Below the pieces are notes generated by a model, which saw only the letters and a program-made list of their open reading frames with translations, was not told the origin of the DNA and did not search any database. Positions 1-7,795 of a stretch of 64,000 nt of DNA are shown here, piece by piece (within the stretch, counting starts at the first letter, position 1; each line of letters opens with the position of its first letter). A program made the position numbers and the translations under genes. Origin of the DNA: an uncultured Candidatus Saccharibacteria bacterium (lineage in GTDB: Bacteria > Patescibacteriota > Doudnabacteria > UBA920); assembly GCA_964434195.1 (NCBI GenBank), contig CAYSUI010000002.1, forward strand, positions 2,562-66,561. Reading direction: 5' to 3'.

Positions 1-6
1 TAAATT

Positions 7-1128
7 ATGAGAATTGCTATAGATATCCGAAGTCTACAGAGTGGATTAGTATCTGGTGTAGAAAATTACACAGCGCATATAGTAGAGAATATATTAAAAT
101 TAGACAGCAAAAATGAGTACACCCTATTTTATAATAATCTTAGGGATGTACAGTTTAGTCATTTACATTTTATTAATTCCAAGATAATAAATTTTAAAAT
201 ACCGAATAAAGTATTAAATTTTGGAACAAGATTTTTTGGTATCCCTAGTTTTTATAAGCTTTTAGGTAAGCAAGATGTCATCTTTCTGCCAAATTTCAAC
301 TATCTAGATTTAAATTTACCATCTAAATTAGTCACAACTGTCCATGACCTTTCAGTATTTTCAGAGCCACACTATTTCGATGGAAGAAGAAGGCTCTGGC
401 ACAAGCTAATTAGAGTCCCAAAATTATTATCCAAAGCTTCTAAAATAATTTCAGTTTCTAATTACACTAAACAGGATATAATAAGAATCTTTGGAGTAGA
501 AGAAGGGAAAATTGAAACTATCTACCCTGGGGTAAGTCTTGAAGCAGGCAACTTCTCAACAGAAAAGTTAAGGGGGATAAGGAATACCTATAATTTACCT
601 ATAAATTTCATACTTTTTGTCTCAACTATGGAACCAAGAAAAAATGTACCCGGTCTTATTGAGGCTTTCGATAAAATAGAAGGAGACTCTCATCTTGTGC
701 TAGTAGGTAAGATAGGTTGGAAATATAAAGATATATTCAGGGCCATTAAAAATAGTCGGAAAAGAAATTTGATTCATTTTTTAGGTTATGTACCTGAACA
801 GGACAAGAAATTTATTATGAAACTCGCGAGGCTTTTGGTATATCCTTCATTTTATGAAGGATTTGGATTCGTCCCTCTTGAAGCATTTGCTCTAGGTATA
901 CCAGTTCTTGCTTCAAAACTTACGAGCATACCTGAAACAACGGGTAACGCCGCTCTGTTGGTTGACCCATATGACAGCTCTTCCATGGCTTGTGCTATCG
1001 AGCAGCTATTATCCGACGATAAGCTATCAGATAGTCTCGTAGATTTAGGAAAATTAGTAGTAAAAAAATATAATTGGGAAATTGCTGCAGAAAAGCATCT
1101 TAGAGTTTTTGAATCTTTAAATATATAG
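7..1128 (+). CDS. GT1 (GT4-type) glycosyltransferase
   Basis: 373-aa ORF with the C-terminal EGFGFVPLEAFALGIPVLAS motif typical of retaining GT-B glycosyltransferases. ATG at 7. Confidence 0.8.
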   Translation: MRIAIDIRSLQSGLVSGVENYTAHIVENILKLDSKNEYTLFYNNLRDVQFSHLHFINSKIINFKIPNKVLNFGTRFFGIPSFYKLLGKQDVIFLPNFNYLDLNLPSKLVTTVHDLSVFSEPHYFDGRRRLWHKLIRVPKLLSKASKIISVSNYTKQDIIRIFGVEEGKIETIYPGVSLEAGNFSTEKLRGIRNTYNLPINFILFVSTMEPRKNVPGLIEAFDKIEGDSHLVLVGKIGWKYKDIFRAIKNSRKRNLIHFLGYVPEQDKKFIMKLARLLVYPSFYEGFGFVPLEAFALGIPVLASKLTSIPETTGNAALLVDPYDSSSMACAIEQLLSDDKLSDSLVDLGKLVVKKYNWEIAAEKHLRVFESLNI

Positions 1129-1129
1129 T

Positions 1130-2251
1130 ATGAATATTGGATTTGATTTTAGAATGGGAGGGGTGGTGCATGGAGGTATCGGACGATATTCTTTTGAGTT
1201 GTTAAAAAATTTACTCGCTTACTCTACTAGCGATAATTTTTACATATTTCTTAATACAAAAACACAATCGAAAGAAGAAATTTCAGAACTTTCAGGTTTC
1301 AAAAACGCGATAATTATTGAAGCTAATTTTAGGCATTATAGTTTAGAAGAACAGTTATATTTCCCTAGTTTAATCAAAAAGTACGGGATTCATTTAATGC
1401 ATTTTCCTAATTTTAATGTTCCAGTAAGGTATAAATATCCATTTGTTGTGACTATACATGATGTAACGCATCACAAAATCTCAGGTCATAAAAGAAAAAA
1501 TTTGATTTATTTTTATGGTTATAAATATGTTATTGAATCAGCTGTAAAGCAAAGTAAAAAAATAATTACTGTTTCTGAAAGTTCCAAAAAAGATATACAG
1601 CAAATTTTTTCGGTTGAGGAAGATAAAATAAGAGTTACTTATGAGGGTGTAAATTATTCACCTGTATCTGCCGATAGAGTCCATAAAGTGAGAGAGAATT
1701 TACTCCTAAGCAGGCCTTATTTTCTTTTTGTTGGGGTATTGGAGAGAAAGAAAAATATTCAAAAACTTACAGAAGCATTCGATCTGTTTATCGAAAAGTA
1801 TGGTTTAGATATAGACCTTGTTATAGCAGGAAAAGAAGATCCGCATTATCCTGAAATAAAAAGCAACGCCTTATCGGTTAAAAATCGCCACCGAATTGTA
1901 TTTACTGGGTTCGTAAGCAACGAAGAGCTCTCAGCTCTTTATCAAGGTGCTTATGCATTCATAACCACAAGTCTCCATGAAGGATTTGGTTTGCCAGGAC
2001 TTGAAGCAATGGCTCGAGGTGTCCCGGTTATCGCTTCGAATACAGATACATTCAACGAAATATACGATGACGGAGCTTTATTTTGTGACCCACTCGATAT
2101 AGAAGATATAGCCTCTAAGATGCATCTGCTAGCTAGGGACCCACAATTCTACGAAGTAAGACAAAAGAAAAGTTTGGCTAGAGCCAGTTTCTTTTCTTGG
2201 CAAGAAACAGCGAAAGCAACTTATAAAGTTTATTTGGAATCTCTCAACTAA
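1130..2251 (+). CDS. GT1 (GT4-type) glycosyltransferase
   Basis: 373-aa ORF with the HEGFGLPGLEAMARGVPVIAS motif. Tandem with the preceding glycosyltransferase, separated by 1 nt. Confidence 0.8.
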   Translation: MNIGFDFRMGGVVHGGIGRYSFELLKNLLAYSTSDNFYIFLNTKTQSKEEISELSGFKNAIIIEANFRHYSLEEQLYFPSLIKKYGIHLMHFPNFNVPVRYKYPFVVTIHDVTHHKISGHKRKNLIYFYGYKYVIESAVKQSKKIITVSESSKKDIQQIFSVEEDKIRVTYEGVNYSPVSADRVHKVRENLLLSRPYFLFVGVLERKKNIQKLTEAFDLFIEKYGLDIDLVIAGKEDPHYPEIKSNALSVKNRHRIVFTGFVSNEELSALYQGAYAFITTSLHEGFGLPGLEAMARGVPVIASNTDTFNEIYDDGALFCDPLDIEDIASKMHLLARDPQFYEVRQKKSLARASFFSWQETAKATYKVYLESLN

Positions 2252-3366
2252 TGAAGAAAAAACATATTACAATCTTATTAGCAGGTGGTGGAAGTGGCGG
2301 ACCAGTCTCCCCATTATTAGCTGTCAAAAAACAAATTTTGGAACAAAGACCAGATGTAAATTTTAATTTCGTTTTTGTTGGTACAAAAAATGGACCTGAA
2401 AGACAGATGGTAAGTACTCATGTCAATCATTATGAAACCGTACCTACTGCTAAGTTAAGAAGATATTTCTCTCTATCAAATTTTTTACTACCTCTTTTCT
2501 TTTTGCTCTCCTTAATAAAAAGTTTTTATATAGTTTTAAAATTCCGTCCAAAAATTATTTTTGGAGCAGGTAGTTTTGTTCAAGTTCCTCTAATGTATTG
2601 CGGAAGATTATTTGGGGCCAAAATATATATCCACCAGCAGGACGTAGAAGTTAGTCTTTCTAACTATTTAAGCTCATTTATAGCCAAGAAAATCACTTTA
2701 AGTTTCAAGGAGTCTGAGAGGGGTTTCCCAGACAGCCTTTTTCTGTCAGGACTGTCTTCTAAGTCCAAAACAATCTTTACTGGAAACCCTTGTAACATAG
2801 ATTCATTTCCACAAAGAAAGGATGCTCTGAAGAATTTGGGATTAGAGCCAGATCTACCTGTGGTACTTGTTTTTGGAGGGGGAACTGGGGCAATATTTCT
2901 AAATCGATTGGTCGAAGAAAGCTTGCCTGAGATAACAAAATATGTTCAGATATTACATGCTACAGGTAGTAATAAGGGGAGAGGATTTAATAAGGAATAC
3001 CCACATTACCATAGGTATGAATTTATAGATGATATGCCTTCGGCTTATTCAGCTTCTGATATCGTTGTTTCAAGAGCCGGCCTCTCAACTATTACAGAGT
3101 TGTCTTATGCTGGGAAGGTAAGTATAATTGTTCCTATGCCTGAAACCCACCAGGAAGCAAATGCCGAAGTTTTAAGCATTCGTAAATCCGCCTTAGTAGT
3201 CGCGCAAGATTCTCTGGACGCTGAAAATTTTATAATGTTAATAAGAAAACTTTGTTTTTCGGGTAAGCTCCAAAAAACTTTATCCTCAAATATTTCCAAG
3301 TTAATGCCCAAAGATTCGTCTGTTAAAATTGCAGGAGTTTTATTAGAGTCTATAAGAAAGAATTAA
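2251..3366 (+). CDS. murG: MurG-like undecaprenyl-PP-MurNAc-pentapeptide GlcNAc transferase (GT28)
   Basis: N-terminal ILLAGGGSGGPVSPLLAV glycine-rich loop and C-terminal VVSRAGLSTITELSYAGKVSIIVPMP...NAEVL, as in MurG. Confidence 0.7.
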   Translation: MKKKHITILLAGGGSGGPVSPLLAVKKQILEQRPDVNFNFVFVGTKNGPERQMVSTHVNHYETVPTAKLRRYFSLSNFLLPLFFLLSLIKSFYIVLKFRPKIIFGAGSFVQVPLMYCGRLFGAKIYIHQQDVEVSLSNYLSSFIAKKITLSFKESERGFPDSLFLSGLSSKSKTIFTGNPCNIDSFPQRKDALKNLGLEPDLPVVLVFGGGTGAIFLNRLVEESLPEITKYVQILHATGSNKGRGFNKEYPHYHRYEFIDDMPSAYSASDIVVSRAGLSTITELSYAGKVSIIVPMPETHQEANAEVLSIRKSALVVAQDSLDAENFIMLIRKLCFSGKLQKTLSSNISKLMPKDSSVKIAGVLLESIRKN

Positions 3367-4370
3367 TGTCTTTTAAGAATCAAAAAATAACTGTAGGACT
3401 AGCTATGAGCGGTGCAGCCGCTCGTAGTGTCTTTTATATTGGATTCTTAGAGGCTCTTGAAAAACACAATATAGAAATCGATTTTATTACTTCTTACTCA
3501 GGAGCAGCAATAGTCTCTGCTGCGTATGCGACAGGTAGGTTGGAATTACTAAGAGATGAGGCCTTGGCATTAAATAGTAAAACTTTATTTTCTTTAGTTT
3601 CTAGGTCAAAAACCGGAGGTGGCTGGTATTCATTAGAGCCATTCGAAGAATTTTTTAGAGAAAAATATTCATTAGGATTAAAAATGGAATCTGTAAAACC
3701 AAGATTAAGTTTCTTGGCAACAGATCTTGAAAGTAAAAGATCGGTAGAGTTATCTCTCGGAGACATAGCTAGGGCTGTTCGTATATCTTGCAGTATGCCG
3801 GGTGTGTTTGAGCCAATGAAGTGGGGTAAGATGGTATTGGTTGATGGTGGATTAGGCTGTTATGTTCCTGGAAATTTCGTCAGATCTGCAGGGGCAGACG
3901 TAGTAATCGGAGTGCAGGTAAGGTCTAATAAGTACTTTTTTATAAGAAATGAAAAAGTTATGGATACACTGCATGAAACGGTAAAGAAATTCTCATTCCT
4001 AAATAAATTTGGACCTTGGATAAATAAATTAAAAGTTGCATTCAATGGAGTCGATCTTTTAGGTTATATGGATGAACTTGTGGCATTTGAAGACGAAGAT
4101 AAAAGAAATATAGGGACATTTTCAATTTTAGGTAGATGTCTAGACATAGCAGTTGAAGCGAATCAGCGCCAAAAAAGTGACTTGCCGAACTATGGTTGTG
4201 ATTTGCTTATTAGTACAGGAGTGGCAACGGCAACTGCTGGGGTAAAAATTCATGAAGGTCGTAAACTTTACGAACAAGGATTAGCAGTTGGGAACGAAAA
4301 TGCTCAAAAGATAATAAACTTAATAAAGTTAAAACAGTTAGAAAAGAATAAACTATATGCTCGATCTTAG
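3366..4370 (+). CDS. patatin-like phospholipase family protein
   Basis: Gly-rich oxyanion region GLAMSGAAARSVFYIGFLEAL, a nucleophile-elbow-like SYSGAA, and a DGG motif (VLVDGGLG), in the order found in patatin/PNPLA folds. Confidence 0.55.
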   Translation: MSFKNQKITVGLAMSGAAARSVFYIGFLEALEKHNIEIDFITSYSGAAIVSAAYATGRLELLRDEALALNSKTLFSLVSRSKTGGGWYSLEPFEEFFREKYSLGLKMESVKPRLSFLATDLESKRSVELSLGDIARAVRISCSMPGVFEPMKWGKMVLVDGGLGCYVPGNFVRSAGADVVIGVQVRSNKYFFIRNEKVMDTLHETVKKFSFLNKFGPWINKLKVAFNGVDLLGYMDELVAFEDEDKRNIGTFSILGRCLDIAVEANQRQKSDLPNYGCDLLISTGVATATAGVKIHEGRKLYEQGLAVGNENAQKIINLIKLKQLEKNKLYARS

Positions 4371-5787
4371 TAAAATTCAAAAAATATATTTTCTGGGTAT
4401 AGGGGGAATAGCTATGTCTTCTTCAGCTGGCATAGCTAAATCGAAAAATTTCGAAGTCTTAGGTAGTGATGAAAAAATTTATGAACCTAGCTTATCAGTT
4501 CTTAAAGAATCAAATATAAATTTCTTTGAGAAGTTCGATGTGCAAAATATAAAAAATTCTCAAGCCGATTTATTCATTATCTCTGCCGGAATAGATAGAG
4601 AAAATCCGGAGTATAAATACATCATAGAGAACGAACTGAGCCATTGTTCTTTTGCAGAATTTATGGGTGCTTTGGCGCAAGACAATATACGTATAGTCGT
4701 AACCGGTACTCATGGAAAAACAACTACAAGCGGCCTAATAGGTACTCTTCTCTCAGATATTGACGACTCCTCATATTTAATAGGGGGTGTTCTGCAAGGC
4801 ACAAACCGAAATTATAAATTGGGGGACGGTCATTATTTCGTATTCGAAGGCGATGAATATAAGAATTTACCAGATGATCCAACACCAAAATTTCATTTTT
4901 ATAAAGCAGATATATTAGTACTGACGAACCTGGAGTATGATCACCCTGATCTCTTTTCTAGTTTCGACGAACTCAAAGAAGAGTATGAGTTATTACTAGC
5001 AAATTTACCACGGGACGGGATTGTTGTTTATAACGGTGATGATGTCGAACTTGAAAAACTTATCTTTCAGGCAAACAGGCATGCTTTCTCTTTTGGCCAA
5101 TCTTCAGGAGTAAACGTGAGAATTATTTCAGCGGAAACTTCAGTATCTGGCACTACCTTGAATGTGGTTGTGAAATTTAGCGACAAAGAACTAAAAGAGA
5201 GGTATGAAACAAAGCTTTTTGGAGCAATGAATGTTTTAAACGCCCTAGCATGTATTACATTGCTCAGGTCACTTGGTTTTACTTCTGAGCTAGTTGCTAA
5301 ATATTTAACTACTTTCCCCGGGATTAAAAGAAGATTTGAGTTGCTCGGAAAAAAGTCAGGAATAGATATTATAGATGACTATGCGCATCACCCAACAGCC
5401 GTTAAGGAAACCCTTAAAGCAGCGAGGGTAAGGTATCCTGGTCATAGGATTTGGGCAATTTTTGAACCACACACATTCTCGAGAACCGAAGCTCTAAAAA
5501 CAGAGATGCTAGGGGCATTCGAAGACTCAGATTTTGCTTTAATTGCACCTATTTATGCGGCTCGGGAGATTAATACAAAATCGAATTCAAAACAGAATCA
5601 TGAGCTTGTTAATGAAATAAATTCCCGGAATGATAGTTTGGGGATAAATAACAATATTAGGGCTATAGATTCTAAGCAAGAAGCCTTAGAGATAATTAAA
5701 AACGAGGCAAGAGAAAATGACGTAATTATAGTGATGGCTGTGGGTGATTTTAATCTTCTGGGTAGTGAAATTCTAGAAAAAATATGA
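4357..5787 (+). CDS. murC: UDP-N-acetylmuramate--L-alanine ligase
   Basis: Mur ligase N-terminus YFLGIGGIAMSSSAGI, the ATP-binding loop VTGTHGKTTTSGLIG, and the Mur ligase middle and C-terminal domains. Confidence 0.85.
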   Translation: MLDLSKIQKIYFLGIGGIAMSSSAGIAKSKNFEVLGSDEKIYEPSLSVLKESNINFFEKFDVQNIKNSQADLFIISAGIDRENPEYKYIIENELSHCSFAEFMGALAQDNIRIVVTGTHGKTTTSGLIGTLLSDIDDSSYLIGGVLQGTNRNYKLGDGHYFVFEGDEYKNLPDDPTPKFHFYKADILVLTNLEYDHPDLFSSFDELKEEYELLLANLPRDGIVVYNGDDVELEKLIFQANRHAFSFGQSSGVNVRIISAETSVSGTTLNVVVKFSDKELKERYETKLFGAMNVLNALACITLLRSLGFTSELVAKYLTTFPGIKRRFELLGKKSGIDIIDDYAHHPTAVKETLKAARVRYPGHRIWAIFEPHTFSRTEALKTEMLGAFEDSDFALIAPIYAAREINTKSNSKQNHELVNEINSRNDSLGINNNIRAIDSKQEALEIIKNEARENDVIIVMAVGDFNLLGSEILEKI

Positions 5788-6872
5788 AATTTTTAGAGAA
5801 TATAAAACTCTCCGATCATACAACTTTCAGAATAGGTGGTCCTGCAAAATATTTTGTAGAAGTAATTACACTTAATGACGTCTTAGAGGCGCTTGCGTTT
5901 TCGGAAAAAAAACAATTACCGGTCTTAGCTTTATCAGGGGGGAGTAATGTTCTTGTATCAGATCAAGGTTTCGAAGGACTTGTTTTAAAATTGGGGATCA
6001 AGGGGATTGAAAAGATAATTGAAAATAATGAAGAGGTTGTTTTAAAAGTAGGTAGTGGTGAAATGTGGGATAAGGTTGTTGCTTTTGCTGTAGAATCTGG
6101 TCTTTGGGGTATAGAAAATTTATCCCATATCCCTGGTAGGGTAGGTGGTTTCGCTGTGCAGAATGTCGGGGCATACGGACAAGAAGCCAAAGACGTAGTG
6201 GTTTCCGTAGATGCATATGATACTTTAGAAAAAAAATTAGTAACTATAGATAACAAAACTTGCGAATTTGGTTATCGAAAAAGTATTTTTAACACATCAA
6301 AAAGAGGAAGATACATCATCCTTTATACACGTATTAAATTATTAACAAACGGAAAACCAAATTTAAGTTATGTGGATTTGGCTCAAGCAATAGAAGGCAA
6401 AGAGATAAATCTAAAAAATATAAGAGAAGCTATAATTCAAATTCGTAATAGAAAATTTCCTTATCCCGTGAGCGCAGAAACTGGCAACAGTGGTTCATGG
6501 TTTAAAAATATTATCTTAAGTAATGATGAGTTAAATATTCTTAAGGAAAAGTTAAAGGCTTCTTTTGACCACGAGGTTCAGGTAAGGCTGCAGTCATATG
6601 AAAATAGGTTCAAGTTGCCCGAAGGAGTGAAAATCCCAGCAGCATTTCTTTTGGATATATGCGGCCTGAAAGGTTTAAAATTTGGAGGAGCGGTTATTAA
6701 TCCAAATCAGCCGTTGGTTATTGTAAATAGTTCTGGTCATGCCACTGCTAGTGACGTGTTACATATAGTCAGAGTAGTTAAGAAAGAAGTCTTAACTAAA
6801 ACCGGTATAAATCTATCAATTGAACCTGAGTTAATAGGGTTTAAAAGCGAAGAATTAGAAGGCGTAGTATAA
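5784..6872 (+). CDS. murB: UDP-N-acetylenolpyruvoylglucosamine reductase
   Basis: FAD-binding N-terminus HTTFRIGGPAKYF...LSGGSNVLVSD plus a MurB C-terminal region. Start overlaps the murC stop. Confidence 0.85.
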   Translation: MKFLENIKLSDHTTFRIGGPAKYFVEVITLNDVLEALAFSEKKQLPVLALSGGSNVLVSDQGFEGLVLKLGIKGIEKIIENNEEVVLKVGSGEMWDKVVAFAVESGLWGIENLSHIPGRVGGFAVQNVGAYGQEAKDVVVSVDAYDTLEKKLVTIDNKTCEFGYRKSIFNTSKRGRYIILYTRIKLLTNGKPNLSYVDLAQAIEGKEINLKNIREAIIQIRNRKFPYPVSAETGNSGSWFKNIILSNDELNILKEKLKASFDHEVQVRLQSYENRFKLPEGVKIPAAFLLDICGLKGLKFGGAVINPNQPLVIVNSSGHATASDVLHIVRVVKKEVLTKTGINLSIEPELIGFKSEELEGVV

Positions 6873-6905
6873 TAAGGGTAGGTCTCATTATTAATCAATA
6901 AATAT

Positions 6906-7241
6906 ATGAACCTCACAATAAAGGCAACGCACACAACCCTAACAGAGTCCATAAAGAACGTAATTACCGAGAAACTGGCGACACTAAATACTTTCCTAAA
7001 AAGCCAGCATAAATTACACGTAGAAGTACAAGTCGACAAAAAACATAAGAGTGGTCAAATATTTAGAGTCGAATGCACTGTTAAACCCGATGGTTTTTAT
7101 GCAGAGGCAACAGGTATGGACGCCTACGAAGCACTCGATCTCTTAGTACCCAAAATAAAAGAACAGCTCGCAAAAGAAAAAGATAAAAAAATCTCTTTAA
7201 GAAGAAAACTTGGCAGCAAAGTAAAGCGTGGGGTTATCTAA
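6906..7241 (+). CDS. hpf: ribosome hibernation promoting factor (HPF/RaiA family)
   Basis: 111-aa protein beginning MNLTIKATHTTLTESIKNVITEKL, the pattern of short HPF/YfiA proteins. Confidence 0.8.
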   Translation: MNLTIKATHTTLTESIKNVITEKLATLNTFLKSQHKLHVEVQVDKKHKSGQIFRVECTVKPDGFYAEATGMDAYEALDLLVPKIKEQLAKEKDKKISLRRKLGSKVKRGVI

Positions 7242-7248
7242 AATAAAA

Positions 7249-7277
7249 AACCTACAATAAGTCATTTATTGTAGGTT
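7249..7277. terminator. bidirectional intrinsic terminator (12-bp perfect stem AACCTACAATAA/TTATTGTAGGTT, loop GTCAT)
   Basis: Perfect hairpin with an A-run on one side and T-rich sequence on the other. It overlaps the stop codon of the minus-strand gene. Confidence 0.6.
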
Positions 7278-7661
7278 TAATCTATTTAAGATTTCCACTC
7301 TCAAATCAATCAGTATTAGCTCGTCCAAAGGGCTGTTTATCCATAGATATTTATCCAGTCTAGGAGTATCTAATTGTTTTAAAGCTAGAACAAGCCTCGG
7401 AGTATTGGGCTTGGTATTAAGAATGCGATAAAACTTACCCGCTACAAACTGATTGCTCAGGAATTCATCATCTAGCAAAACCAGAAATAAATCTGCTTCT
7501 TCGGCTCTTTTATAAGCCTTTGCTATTAACTCTCCTGGCAAACAAGGGTCCCAGCTTTTCCATAATTGGACACCCCTTTGCATTAGAATTGTCCAAAATT
7601 CAGAAAACATACCCTCAATTTGCTTTGCAGATTCCTTAGATCCATATACTGATATAAGCAT
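7266..7661 (-). CDS. standalone TIR-like domain protein (hypothetical)
   Basis: 131 aa. The N-terminal beta-strand ISVYGS and the segment LPGELIAKAYKRAEEADLFLVLLDDEFLSNQFVAGKFYRIL follow the TIR beta-B/beta-C pattern (pGe.i...aie.s...ivvlS..y..S.w). No other domain is present. Confidence 0.4.
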   Translation of the reverse strand: MLISVYGSKESAKQIEGMFSEFWTILMQRGVQLWKSWDPCLPGELIAKAYKRAEEADLFLVLLDDEFLSNQFVAGKFYRILNTKPNTPRLVLALKQLDTPRLDKYLWINSPLDELILIDLRVEILNRLNLQ

Positions 7662-7717
7662 TTCTAGTCCTCTCCTTTTGGTTTGTAATTAAAGTAAATC
7701 ACATTATGGTATAAAAT

Positions 7718-7738
7718 ATACAGATTGTCAATCTGTAT
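7718..7738. promoter_or_regulatory. 21-bp perfect palindrome ATACAGATTG-T-CAATCTGTAT (candidate operator)
   Basis: 10-bp perfect inverted repeat with a 1-nt centre in the divergent intergenic region between the TIR-like gene and secA. An extended -10 (TGTTATACT) lies just downstream, facing secA. Confidence 0.4.
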
Positions 7739-7795
7739 ATCCTTACTTCCTTTTGTTATACTGTTATAACTTACAAATTCTAGAGAAAGGATAGT

